NCBI GenBank assembly: GCA_041650715.1
Contig: JBAZKQ010000001.1
Coordinates: 326,945 to 390,944 of the forward strand
Length of the DNA: 64,000 nucleotides
From: Patescibacteria group bacterium
GTDB taxonomy: Bacteria > Patescibacteriota > Patescibacteriia > Patescibacteriales > UBA12465
Reading direction: 5' to 3'
The notes beneath the pieces are model-generated. The model saw nothing but the letters and a program-made list of their open reading frames with translations, ran no database searches and was not told the origin of the DNA. Below, in pieces: positions 1 to 9,066 of this stretch; the stretch's first letter is position 1; every line of letters starts with the position of its first letter. Both the position numbers and the translations under genes were made by a program.

Positions 1-2
1 CG

Positions 3-1997
3 GCCATTAGCAAGACTAATAAAAATTTGAGTGAGTTTTTAAATGACGCTAAAATTAAGTTAAATCCCCTGGCTACCAATTTGACCATCGGTGTCCTTTT
101 TGAAAATAAATTATATTTTTCCAGTTTCGGCAAGAATCGGGCGCTTTTGATTTATCGCCACGGTGAGCAGTATGAAATCATTAATGTTGAGGCTAATGCC
201 GCGGAGGCTAACCCGGAACCGGAGCTGACGGATAATAAGGCGGTTTTTAAAATTCCCTCCTTGTTTTCATCTGTTATTAGCGGCGAAATTCCGACTGCGT
301 CCTATTTCGTCTTTGCGAGTGAAGCCTTGCCGGAGTATGTCTCGAATCGTGATTTAATTAATATTATTACCAAGTTGCCGCCGATTGTAGCCGCTGAACA
401 AATTAAAAATATCTTGGCCCATATCAATTCCTTTATTCCCTTCCTGGGCATTATTATAAAGAACACGATCGGACTTGATAATCAGGAGCTCCGAGAAGAA
501 CCCGAAGAAAACCTAACGGCACACAGCTCGATTTCAAGTTTAAATTATACCGAACAAAAGACGGAGCGCATGTTGGCGCCGGCGGGTTTGATTAGTTTTT
601 CTAAGCTGGCAAGGGGACTCGGCGATTTATTTGCTAAATTACGCCCGAAACCGAAGGCGGCCTCTAAAAAAATATATCGCGGCGAAGAGGAGGAAAAAAG
701 CAGCCCCTTGCCGCTTGATCTCGGCAAGGTTAAAAGTTTGAATCTCGCGCGCGCTGATTCCTTTCTGATTAAAGAAAAAATATTTTTCAAAAAGAAACCG
801 AGCAATATCGGCGTTAGTTTAAAAAATATAAGCTTAGGCATTCCCGCTTTGCTTAGTCCTCGCTTTTGGGGCGGCCTCGGTGCCGGTATACGCAATTGGA
901 CCGGCAGTTTAAACAAAAAAAATCGTTTGCTTTTTGTTGCCTTGGGAGCGGTCGTAATTATATTTTTTGTGAGCGTGGGAATAACTAATTATCGCCATAA
1001 ACAGCAAGCGGCCACCAATAATTATAATAATTTAGTGGCAACCATTGAGGAAAAACAGAATTCAATTGACGCCTATCTATTATATAACAATGAAGACGGC
1101 GCCAAGACAGCGCTGGTCGATGTTCGCGCCTTGCTTGCATATTTGCCGCGCCTTAAAGATGCTCAAATTAATACCTATAATCGGCTTGAAGTGAAATTTA
1201 ATGAGCAAATGGACAAGATTCAGAAAATTGTCCGGATCGATAGCCCGGAAAAGGTGAATGATTTAAGCGGACTGCAAATTGCCAATTTGGCCTGGGCCGG
1301 CGGCAAAATGTATGCGGCGAGTGCTAATTTAGTTTTGGAGCTTACTCCGCTTTCATCGTCTTCGACGCGAATCGATGTCCCCGGCGCGACTAATTTAAGC
1401 AATCCTCAGTACGATACTAAGAGTTCCCTTTATTATTGGGATAGCAATAAAATTGTTAAACTTGATTTAAAAACTAAACAGACGACTTCTTATAATGTTA
1501 GTTCGGCATATAGCGCCGATGGTATTACGAGCTATAAAATTTTTGGGACAAGCCTGTATGTACTCGCTAAAAATAAGAATCAAATTTATCGTTTTGCCCT
1601 CAGTCAAGGAGCTTATAATACTAAAACTGATTGGTTAAAGGCGCCGACCGATTTGAGCCAAGCGACTGATTTAGCGATTGATGGCAGCATCTATGTCTTA
1701 AAAGCGGACGGTGCGGTTAATAAATTTTATCTGAATAATCCGATTGACTACGGCGCCACGGCACCGGAACCGGTTATGACCAGCGCCAATAAAATTATTG
1801 TCAGTGCAAAATATGTTTATGTTTTTGAGGCGAGCTCCAAGCGCCTGCTTGTTCTCGCAATCAAAGATGGGCATTTAATGAATCAATATGAAGTAAGCTC
1901 TTTAAATACTCTTAAAGATTTTACAGTTGACGAGGCTAATAAAATGGCTTATTTCCTTGACGGCGAATCGGTTTATCGCATAACTCTTAATCAGTAA
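3..1997 (+). CDS. membrane protein, probably 5'-truncated by the window edge; PPM/SpoIIE-like N-terminal region, one TM helix, beta-propeller-like C-terminal domain
   Basis: The ORF track gives 27..1997 starting at TTG, but the frame stays open back to nt 3. TM segment LLFVALGAVVIIFFVSVGITNY. The C-terminal ~250 aa carry repeated strand-like motifs (SLYVLAKN, SIYVLKADG, YVYVFEAS, MAYFLDGE). No named family recognised. Confidence 0.5.
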   Translation, partial: AISKTNKNLSEFLNDAKIKLNPLATNLTIGVLFENKLYFSSFGKNRALLIYRHGEQYEIINVEANAAEANPEPELTDNKAVFKIPSLFSSVISGEIPTASYFVFASEALPEYVSNRDLINIITKLPPIVAAEQIKNILAHINSFIPFLGIIIKNTIGLDNQELREEPEENLTAHSSISSLNYTEQKTERMLAPAGLISFSKLARGLGDLFAKLRPKPKAASKKIYRGEEEEKSSPLPLDLGKVKSLNLARADSFLIKEKIFFKKKPSNIGVSLKNISLGIPALLSPRFWGGLGAGIRNWTGSLNKKNRLLFVALGAVVIIFFVSVGITNYRHKQQAATNNYNNLVATIEEKQNSIDAYLLYNNEDGAKTALVDVRALLAYLPRLKDAQINTYNRLEVKFNEQMDKIQKIVRIDSPEKVNDLSGLQIANLAWAGGKMYAASANLVLELTPLSSSSTRIDVPGATNLSNPQYDTKSSLYYWDSNKIVKLDLKTKQTTSYNVSSAYSADGITSYKIFGTSLYVLAKNKNQIYRFALSQGAYNTKTDWLKAPTDLSQATDLAIDGSIYVLKADGAVNKFYLNNPIDYGATAPEPVMTSANKIIVSAKYVYVFEASSKRLLVLAIKDGHLMNQYEVSSLNTLKDFTVDEANKMAYFLDGESVYRITLNQ

Positions 1998-2035
1998 AAA
2001 ATCATAATTCCCGATAAAATTAATGACTATAACAA

Positions 2036-2064
2036 AAGACCGCCGATAAAGGCGGTCTTTTATT
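2036..2064. terminator. bidirectional intrinsic terminator between convergent genes
   Basis: Stem aagaccgcc / ggcggtctt with a 6-nt loop, flanked by an A-run and a T-run. Confidence 0.7.
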
Positions 2065-2081
2065 TATGTATTTTGTGAAGC

Positions 2082-2477
2082 TTATTTTAAGGTTACTTTT
2101 GCACCGGCTTCTTCCAATTTTTTCTTCATGGCTTCAGCTTCGGCTTTCTTAACACCTTCCTTAAGAACTTTCGGGGCGCCATCGACTAAGTCTTTAGCTT
2201 CCTTTAAGCCCATTTCTGTCAATTCACGGACAGCTTTGATAACGTTGATCTTGCTGGCACCCGCTTCAGTGATTTCAACATCAAAGGCATCTTTCTCTTC
2301 GACAGCGGCCGCTGCACCGGCAGCCGGAGCCATCATCATGGCTGGAGCAGAAGCGCTCACGCCGAATTTATCTTCCAAGATTTTAACGAGTTCCGCTAAA
2401 TCAAGGACGCTCATCTTTTCGATTTCGCCAACCAGCTTTTCAAATTTTGCCGGGACGACAACTTTGTTTTCTTCCAT
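2082..2477 (-). CDS. rplL: 50S ribosomal protein bL12 (L7/L12)
   Basis: 131 aa. Ala-rich hinge ([16 protein letters not shown]) and canonical C-terminal domain [48 protein letters not shown]. Confidence 0.97.
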   Translation of the reverse strand: MEENKVVVPAKFEKLVGEIEKMSVLDLAELVKILEDKFGVSASAPAMMMAPAAGAAAAVEEKDAFDVEITEAGASKINVIKAVRELTEMGLKEAKDLVDGAPKVLKEGVKKAEAEAMKKKLEEAGAKVTLK

Positions 2478-2516
2478 AGATTTAAAATTAAATTTATTAT
2501 TAATTATTTATTGTTA

Positions 2517-3047
2517 TTAAGCTTTCTTTTCTTCGAGCGCTTTTAAAACATAAAGCAAATTTTTGATGTTTCCGGCTAAAGCGTTAACAAATCCGGAAAT
2601 CGGCGCATTCATCGTGCCGACTAAACGGCCATAAAGCTCTTGTTTGCTCGGTAGTTTGGACAAGGCTTCCATTTCTTCTTTGTTCAGTAATTTATTTTCT
2701 AAAATACCGCCCAAGAAGAAGATACGTGCTTCCTTGTCTTTGTCTTTACGGAAATTACCGACAATCTTAGCGGCGGCGACTTCATCTTCGTAGGAAAAGA
2801 TGGCAGCTAATTTTCCGTCCATCGTTCTGACGTTCAGGTCACTCATCTGATCCTTGAAAGCGATGTTCATCAAGGTTTTCTTAGCGACATAGTACTCGCT
2901 GTTTTCGCTACGTAATTGGTCGCGCAATTTTTCGTTGTCCTTAACCGTTAAGGCATTGAAACCGGCAAAAACCACCGATTTGGACTTCTTAAATTTTTCG
3001 CTCAAATTACGCAAAATTTCTTGTTTTTGAATTTTGTTCTTTGGCAT
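2517..3047 (-). CDS. rplJ: 50S ribosomal protein uL10
   Basis: 176 aa, immediately upstream of rplL. The N-terminal half (KSKSVVFAGFNALTVKDNEKLRDQLR..) is uL10-like. Confidence 0.92.
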   Translation of the reverse strand: MPKNKIQKQEILRNLSEKFKKSKSVVFAGFNALTVKDNEKLRDQLRSENSEYYVAKKTLMNIAFKDQMSDLNVRTMDGKLAAIFSYEDEVAAAKIVGNFRKDKDKEARIFFLGGILENKLLNKEEMEALSKLPSKQELYGRLVGTMNAPISGFVNALAGNIKNLLYVLKALEEKKA

Positions 3048-3190
3048 ATATATTTAATTTGATTATAAAAAAATCTGTGTGACCACAGACCATAAAAATA
3101 CTTGGATAAAGTATTAATGATACCTCGGCAAGACTTATAGGTGCGTGGCACCAGGCTGGCTGTCTGTGGTTATCGCTAAATTGTTATGTA
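3048..3190 (-). promoter_or_regulatory. rplJ leader with terminator/antiterminator alternative (L10-leader-like attenuator)
   Basis: On the minus strand, accacagac pairs with gtctgtggt about 85 nt downstream. The same gtctgtgg segment can instead form tctgtg-gtca-cacaga followed by a T7 run (plus coordinates 3067-3089), just before the rplJ start. Confidence 0.55.
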
Positions 3191-3193
3191 AGA

Positions 3194-3221
3194 ATATTAG
3201 CAGATTATAAGTATTTGTCAA
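3194..3221 (-). promoter_or_regulatory. sigma70-type promoter for rplJ-rplL
   Basis: Minus strand TTGACA (3221-3216), 16-nt spacer, TAATAT (3199-3194). Confidence 0.6.
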
Positions 3222-3233
3222 GGATTATCTCTT

Positions 3234-4412
3234 CTATTTGAGTTTTTTGCTCTTATCGCGCTTGCGGCCATAATTAGCAAAACGATGGGCTTCTTCGCGC
3301 AACTTAAGAAGAGTCGGTTTTATGTTGTTGGCCAGATCGCGAATTTCATTTTTGGTCTTCGGAGTGAAAACTAATTTATCGCCGCCGAATTTAGAAATGC
3401 CGACGAGCGGGATGTTAATATTATTCTCGGTGAAGACGCGCGATAAAAAACTAATCTGCGGCGAGCCGCCGTCAATCATGATAATGTCAGGCATGGTCCA
3501 TTCCGTATGTTTAAAACGGCGCAAGAGCACCTCGCTGAGCGCGCGTTCATCGTCTCCGCCCGGCGCGTCTTTGATTTTAAAAAGGCGATACTCGCGTTTA
3601 GCCGCTTCCCCGTTTTCGAAAACCACCATCGAGCCGTAGCTTTCTTTACCTTGGTGATGAGAAATATCATAGCCTTCCAGGCGGTTAACTTTTAATTCAT
3701 TGAGATCTTCGTCGCGAGTCAGCAAGGAAACGTCCTGAATATGTTTAAGAGCGTTTATTTTATCCGGATTGTCTCGCATCAGTTTGGCGGTAAGTCGTTT
3801 CTTTTCACCGGCCAAAAGCAAGGAAATATTATTAATATTTTTTTTATAGTCACGCGCCGAAATAGCGTCAATACAGCCGCCCGGGCAAAGTCCGATTTGA
3901 TAATCGAAACAAGCCCGCCCGCTATGGGGCGTGCAGTTGCCGTAAGGGAAAATGCGTCGAATCAAACGGAGAGCTCCCTGGAGAAGATAGAAAGACTGGT
4001 AAGGCCCAAAGACTTTTGCCTTTGAGGCTGGAAATTTCTTTAAATCAGTCGCGCGCACGATTAGCGGCTTGGCAAAATCAATTTTCGGAATAACGACATA
4101 GATAAAGGAACGGTCATCACGGTCAACGATATTATACTTGGGCCAGAATTTTTTAATATTTTTCGCCTCAAGAATAATCGCTTCAAGTAGGGTGTCGCAG
4201 ACTTCATATTTTATATCAGAAGCGGCGTCCACCATCTCGGCAATGCGCGGCGAAATGTTTTTTTGGAAGTATTGGCTCAGGCGATTTTTTAAACTTGTGG
4301 CCCGGCCGACATAAAGAACCTTGCCTTTTTTATCCAACCAAAAATAAACTCCCGGCTTTTTCGGAATTGTTTTTAGTTTATTTTTTAATTGATTTTTTAG
4401 AGTTAAACTCAT
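3234..4412 (-). CDS. uvrC: excinuclease ABC subunit C, compact form (GIY-YIG + Cys-rich region + RNase H-like endonuclease domain only)
   Basis: GIY-YIG N-terminus (PGVYFWLDKKGKVLYVGRATSLKNRLSQYF). Four-Cys region (CTPHSGRACFDYQIGLCPGGC). C-terminal nuclease motifs (LEGYDISHHQG, IIMIDGG). 392 aa versus about 600 aa for the typical protein. Confidence 0.9.
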   Translation of the reverse strand: MSLTLKNQLKNKLKTIPKKPGVYFWLDKKGKVLYVGRATSLKNRLSQYFQKNISPRIAEMVDAASDIKYEVCDTLLEAIILEAKNIKKFWPKYNIVDRDDRSFIYVVIPKIDFAKPLIVRATDLKKFPASKAKVFGPYQSFYLLQGALRLIRRIFPYGNCTPHSGRACFDYQIGLCPGGCIDAISARDYKKNINNISLLLAGEKKRLTAKLMRDNPDKINALKHIQDVSLLTRDEDLNELKVNRLEGYDISHHQGKESYGSMVVFENGEAAKREYRLFKIKDAPGGDDERALSEVLLRRFKHTEWTMPDIIMIDGGSPQISFLSRVFTENNINIPLVGISKFGGDKLVFTPKTKNEIRDLANNIKPTLLKLREEAHRFANYGRKRDKSKKLK

Positions 4413-4707
4413 AAAGATATTTGCTTAGGTCAATTTTGTTGTCCTTAATAATAATACCTTCTTGGCGGAGAATGGCAATCTTGCGCTTGGGGCCGCTTGC
4501 AAAACCGCCGACTTCCCCGTTGGCGCGGATAACTCGGTGGCATGGGACAAGAGGCGCAAACGGATTTTTATTTAAGGTGTTACCGACGGCACGCGCTGCA
4601 CCAGGATTATTTAGAGCTCGGGCAATTTCTTTATACGTTGAAATTTTACCCTTGGGAATAAGGGCGCAATATTTATAGACGAGCTGTGGAAAACTTAAGT
4701 TATTCAT
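4378..4707 (-). CDS. ogt: methylated-DNA--protein-cysteine methyltransferase (MGMT/Ogt DNA-binding/catalytic domain only)
   Basis: 109 aa with the active-site motif PCHRVI and a helix-turn-helix region (ISTYKEIARALNNPGAARAVGNTL). Overlaps the uvrC start by 35 nt. Confidence 0.9.
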   Translation of the reverse strand: MNNLSFPQLVYKYCALIPKGKISTYKEIARALNNPGAARAVGNTLNKNPFAPLVPCHRVIRANGEVGGFASGPKRKIAILRQEGIIIKDNKIDLSKYLYEFNSKKSIKK

Positions 4708-4708
4708 A

Positions 4709-4736
4709 TTGACAATTTTTTAGCGTCTGATAATAT
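4709..4736 (+). promoter_or_regulatory. consensus sigma70-type promoter driving the plus-strand RNA below
   Basis: TTGACA 4709-4714, 16-nt spacer, TAATAT 4731-4736. Confidence 0.6.
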
Positions 4737-4740
4737 CAGG

Positions 4741-5024
4741 GTAGTTAGTCGTGGTTTGTCTAAGTTGCCCGCCTAACGCGCAGAGTTCATTTTACATTGC
4801 AATCCCGACACAAGGGATTTCCGGCCCGAAATAAGAAATGAAATTTCTTTTTCTCGAGAAAGGTGGCGAAGCAGATTGAATAATATCAACAGCATCATCA
4901 CATTCTTTCATCCAGAAAGAAATTTACCCCGAGCAGGCAAAAAGCTTATTAGGTCCTAAAGAACCGTGAAATTGAGTAAGGAAAACGTTATAACGTATTC
5001 CAACTTAAGACCCACGGTTTTTTT
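4741..5024 (+). ncRNA. candidate structured non-coding RNA of unknown class (~280 nt)
   Basis: ORF-free 315-bp gap. A promoter lies just upstream. Nt 4750-4767 pair with 5001-5017, followed by a T7 run. Internal long rod hairpin at 4840-4926 and local hairpins at 4801-4819 and 4985-4996. Confidence 0.5.
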
Positions 5025-5880
5025 ATTTGCTTAAAAGTCCAATCAGTAGGCTGGCGCCGACCGCCAGGCCTGCGCCGAGGTATTGAATTTTCGTTATCTT
5101 TTCTTTATTAATAATTATGCCAAGCGCAAGCGCAATAACGACATAACTTTCGGTTATCGCGATCGTAATTGAGAGTTCTTCTTTGGCAACAGCGAAGACA
5201 TAGGCTGTCCAAGCCAAGAGATCGACGACTACCATCACTAAAACGAGAAGCCAATTTTTCGCGCTCTCCCGGAAAAAATTATTTAAACTATTCTGGCGGA
5301 TCCAGACAAAACAGATTAATCCGCAAACAAACCATGGCAGCCAGAGGGCCATCAAGGGTGATATTTCCTTGGCCTGCGAAGCACTGCCGAAGTTTACGAT
5401 AGCGATTAAGACGCCGGAGAGAATTGCGAGCAGCGAGCCTTTTTCTAAAAAATCCTTTTTATTTATTTTAGTAGTATCAATCGAAATTAGAATGATGCCG
5501 ATAAATAAAATGATAATTAAGAATATTTGTCGCAGACCGAGACTCTCTCCGAAAACAAGAATGCCGAGCAGGATTGTTAAGGGTAGCTCAATCGACATGA
5601 TTATTTCGACGACCGATAGTTTTCCGATTTCCAAGGCTTTAAAATGAACATAACCGCTGGCAAAATTTGCCAGCCCTAAAATAATTAGGGTGATGAATTG
5701 CGCAGAGTTAATAGTTTTTAAGTCGTTAACTACAAACGGAATTAAAATTATTGAACTGAATAAACTAATCCAACAAAGGGTTTCAATTGGTCCGATTTTA
5801 TTAATTGTTTTTTGAATTAAAAAATCGCCCAAGCCCCAGCCGAACATCGCGCCAAATGCCAGTAGTATCGCTAAATTCAT
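5023..5880 (-). CDS. EamA/DMT-superfamily transporter
   Basis: 285 aa with about 10 predicted TM helices and a two-fold EamA-like architecture. Confidence 0.75.
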   Translation of the reverse strand: MNLAILLAFGAMFGWGLGDFLIQKTINKIGPIETLCWISLFSSIILIPFVVNDLKTINSAQFITLIILGLANFASGYVHFKALEIGKLSVVEIIMSIELPLTILLGILVFGESLGLRQIFLIIILFIGIILISIDTTKINKKDFLEKGSLLAILSGVLIAIVNFGSASQAKEISPLMALWLPWFVCGLICFVWIRQNSLNNFFRESAKNWLLVLVMVVVDLLAWTAYVFAVAKEELSITIAITESYVVIALALGIIINKEKITKIQYLGAGLAVGASLLIGLLSK

Positions 5881-5882
5881 AG

Positions 5883-8396
5883 TTACTTTAAATACTCTTT
5901 TAAATATTTTCCCGTAATGCTTTTCGGTTCGCGGACAATATCTTCCGGCGCGCCATGAGCGACCAAACGTCCCCCGTCTTCCCCGCCGTCCGGACCAAGA
6001 TCAATAATATAGTCCATTGATTTTAGCATATGCATATTATGCTCGATCACTAAAACAGAGTTTCCCTTCTCGACCAGTTTATTTAAAACGGCGAGCAACA
6101 TATCGATATCATAATAATGCAAACCAGTGGTCGGTTCATCGAGTAAATATAAAGTCCGTTTGCCGAGAGTATGAGTCAGCTCTTTGGCAATCTTAATGCG
6201 TTGGGCTTCCCCGCCTGATAAAGTCGTGGCGCTTTGGCCAATCTTAATATAACCGAGTCCGACTGATTGTAGAACTTTTAATTTATCAGTGATAAAATAA
6301 TTTCCTTCGAAATGATCAATTGCTTCATCAATGGTTAGGTCCAGGATCTCGGCGATGTTTTTATTTTTATATTTGACTTGTAAGGTTTCCCGGTTAAAAC
6401 GTTTACCGCGGCAAACTTCGCATTCAACCAGCACGGGAGGCAGAAAATGCATCTCTATTAGGTTCGCTCCGGCCCCCTGACAGGCCTCACAACGCCCACC
6501 AGGGCGGTTAAAGGAGAAACGGCCAATTCCGTATCCTCTCTCCCGGGAATCGGGCAAGGAGGCGAAAAAATCACGAATCGGGGTAAATATTCCGGTATAG
6601 GTAGCCGGGTTAGAGCGTGGCGTGCGGCCGATAGGCGATTGGTCGATAACTACTACCTTGTTTATGTATTCCGCGCCCCTGACATCTTTGGCAAATTCCA
6701 GTTTCGCTTTACCCGGGCGGTTTTTAATATGCGTGATATTTTTATAAACGACATCATATAAGAGCGATGATTTGCCGCTTCCGGAGACACCACTCACGCC
6801 GACAAGACGGCCGAGCGGGATTTCCACATTTAAGTTTTTTAGGTTATTAGCATAAGCGCCGACAATTTTTAGGGAGCCATGATTTTGTTCGCGCCGTTTG
6901 GCCGGTAAGCCGATTTCGCGTTGGCCGGCCAGGTATTGGAGAGTTAAAGATTTTTTTAGTTCTGTTTGATTCTTTTTTTCATTTAATAAATCCTTAGTAT
7001 TGCCACTCGCCACAACCTCCCCGCCGTGTACCCCGGCGAGCGGTCCCATATCAACTAAATAATCGGAGGCAAGTATCGTTTTTTCGTCGTGCTCAACAAT
7101 AATAACGGTATTATTTTTATCCCGTAATTTTTTCAGAGTGTCGATTAAGCGTTCGGTATCGCGTTCGTGCAAACCGATAGTCGGTTCATCCAGAACGTAG
7201 AGGGTGCGCGAAAGATGGGAGCCGATTTGGGAAGACAGGCGGATGCGCTGCGCTTCGCCCCCGGATAAAGTATGAGCTTCCCGTTCTAACGAAATATAAT
7301 TCAAACCGACTTTAAGTAAAAACTCAAGACGACTGATAATTTGGATAACAACATTCTCCGCGATTATTCTTTGGCGCTTCGTCATCTTCTCATAATATTT
7401 ATTAAAGAAGTCTAAACTTTTATTCATCGGTAGGCGGCAGACTTCGGCAATATTTTTACCGGCGATGCGGACTGATAAGGCTTCGGGGCGTAAACGGTCG
7501 CCTTTGCAGACCTTGCATTTATCATCCTTAAAGAAATTAGTTTTGCCGAGTCCGGAACATTCCGGGCAGGCGCCATGCGGTGAGTTGAAAGAGAAAAGAC
7601 GCGGTTCAACTTCCGGAAAAGAAAAATTATCATTCGGGCAGGTCCAATTTGATGATAATAAAAATTCTTGTTTTTTATATTGGGCAATAACCAGACCTTT
7701 ACTGTATTCGAGCGAATTTTCGACAGCCTCAAAAAGGCGCGATTGGTCGCTCAGTAGAATTTTATCGATAATGATTTCAATATCATGTTTTTGTTTTGGT
7801 GCGAGTTTAACTTGATCACGCAAGGAATGAATTTTTCCGTCGATGCGCGACTCGCTATAGCCGAGCGATAAATAATTATAAAGTATTTGGTAATATTCAC
7901 CTTTGCGGTCGCGGACAATCGGTGACATGATAGTAACATATTCTTCTTTTAATTCCTGACCGCGGTTGATAATAATATCCACCATTTCCTCAACAGTTAG
8001 TTTTTCAATTTTAGTGCCGCAGATTGGGCAAAAAACTTCGCCCACGCGCGCATAAAGAACACGCAAGTAATCATAAATATCCGTGAGTGTCCCCACAGTT
8101 GAACGCGGATTATGAGAGAGGGCTTTTTGATCGATAGAGATGGATGGAGCGAGACCAATCATCTCATCGACATCGGCCGCTTTCTTTTGACCCAAGAATT
8201 GGCGCATATAGGGCGACAAGGATTCGACGTATTGTCTCTGCCCTTCCGCAAAGATTGTATCAAAAGCCAGCGACGATTTGCCGCTCCCTGAAACGCCGGT
8301 AATAACGGTTAATTTATTATGCGGTATTTCTAAGTTGATATTTTTTAAGTTGTGCGTCCGCGCGCCGCGGATGATTAATTTTTCTTCACTTGCCAT
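5883..8396 (-). CDS. uvrA: excinuclease ABC subunit A lacking the insertion domain
   Basis: Two ABC modules ([10 protein letters not shown] twice, LSGGEAQRI twice) plus zinc modules. [11 protein letters not shown] is followed after 10 aa by CKVCKGDRL, where E. coli UvrA has about 110 aa. 837 aa in total. Confidence 0.95.
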   Translation of the reverse strand: MASEEKLIIRGARTHNLKNINLEIPHNKLTVITGVSGSGKSSLAFDTIFAEGQRQYVESLSPYMRQFLGQKKAADVDEMIGLAPSISIDQKALSHNPRSTVGTLTDIYDYLRVLYARVGEVFCPICGTKIEKLTVEEMVDIIINRGQELKEEYVTIMSPIVRDRKGEYYQILYNYLSLGYSESRIDGKIHSLRDQVKLAPKQKHDIEIIIDKILLSDQSRLFEAVENSLEYSKGLVIAQYKKQEFLLSSNWTCPNDNFSFPEVEPRLFSFNSPHGACPECSGLGKTNFFKDDKCKVCKGDRLRPEALSVRIAGKNIAEVCRLPMNKSLDFFNKYYEKMTKRQRIIAENVVIQIISRLEFLLKVGLNYISLEREAHTLSGGEAQRIRLSSQIGSHLSRTLYVLDEPTIGLHERDTERLIDTLKKLRDKNNTVIIVEHDEKTILASDYLVDMGPLAGVHGGEVVASGNTKDLLNEKKNQTELKKSLTLQYLAGQREIGLPAKRREQNHGSLKIVGAYANNLKNLNVEIPLGRLVGVSGVSGSGKSSLLYDVVYKNITHIKNRPGKAKLEFAKDVRGAEYINKVVVIDQSPIGRTPRSNPATYTGIFTPIRDFFASLPDSRERGYGIGRFSFNRPGGRCEACQGAGANLIEMHFLPPVLVECEVCRGKRFNRETLQVKYKNKNIAEILDLTIDEAIDHFEGNYFITDKLKVLQSVGLGYIKIGQSATTLSGGEAQRIKIAKELTHTLGKRTLYLLDEPTTGLHYYDIDMLLAVLNKLVEKGNSVLVIEHNMHMLKSMDYIIDLGPDGGEDGGRLVAHGAPEDIVREPKSITGKYLKEYLK

Positions 8397-8982
8397 ATTG
8401 GTTGTTTATAAACGGATTAGGTATATCAAAAGTAATTTTTTTGGTTTCTTTATTTATTACGTCAATTGGCGTGCCATATTTTTTATTATAGAGAGTATCC
8501 ACAGAACAGAATAGCGCCTGGCTATAATCAAAACCCAATTTTTCGCTAACTGTTTTTACTTCCTCTTCGGATTTTCCCTCGACTTCGACGTAGGGTTCAA
8601 GATAAGGCCATTCATCAATCATTACTTCGACACCATCCAAAGACCATAACTCGCGATAGCTTTCCTGGTAAGCTTTTTGTTTAGCCCCGATAGTTTCTAA
8701 AAAGTTAATACCTTCATTATAATTATCAATTTTAAGACAAATCTCTTTTTGGTCATCAATATTTGAGCCATTAACCAATTTAAAACTCATAGTAATCTTG
8801 TCCTGTTCATCCCTGACTCTTAACCATCCGCCCTTAATTTGATGTCCGCTTGGTAAATCAAGGCAGACTCTTTTTTGTAAAAATTCAGGTTTGATTAAAG
8901 TTGCGCCAGTTTCTTTTAATCTATTTCTGATTTCTTCTTTGTTAATATTAGTAAATGTTGCCTCGTATTCAATATTGATCAT
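8386..8982 (-). CDS. CYTH-domain protein (CyaB/triphosphatase-like)
   Basis: 198 aa. The N-terminal strand INIEYEATF resembles the CYTH ExExK signature with K replaced by T. Overall length and charge pattern fit the CYTH barrel. Overlaps the uvrA start by 11 nt. Confidence 0.5.
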   Translation of the reverse strand: MINIEYEATFTNINKEEIRNRLKETGATLIKPEFLQKRVCLDLPSGHQIKGGWLRVRDEQDKITMSFKLVNGSNIDDQKEICLKIDNYNEGINFLETIGAKQKAYQESYRELWSLDGVEVMIDEWPYLEPYVEVEGKSEEEVKTVSEKLGFDYSQALFCSVDTLYNKKYGTPIDVINKETKKITFDIPNPFINNQYGK

Positions 8983-9066
8983 AGTATTGACAATTATATT
9001 ATAATGTGTTATGATTATATTTCGCAGTTCTGTTATTCCGAAACTAACCCCCTAATCCCTATATTT

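Noticed and set aside
2128-2520. 130-aa plus-strand ORF
   Set aside because: It lies entirely antisense to rplL, whose product is unmistakable. The Ala/Ser-rich translation is a mirror of the Ala-rich L12 sequence.
4838-4879. 13-codon ORF (MKFLFLEKGGEAD) inside the candidate RNA
   Set aside because: There is no Shine-Dalgarno sequence, and it lies within the strongest predicted helix. It is most likely fortuitous.
4741-5024. Assigning the candidate RNA to RNase P, SRP, tmRNA or 6S
   Set aside because: GGAAAGUCC and the ACAGAA..GGCUUA P4 strands are absent. There are no tRNA-like termini. AGGUCC-UAAA-GAACC does not form the SRP helix-8 stem and GNRA loop. The multi-branch shape and the ~280-nt length fit 6S poorly. 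The class is left unassigned rather than guessed.
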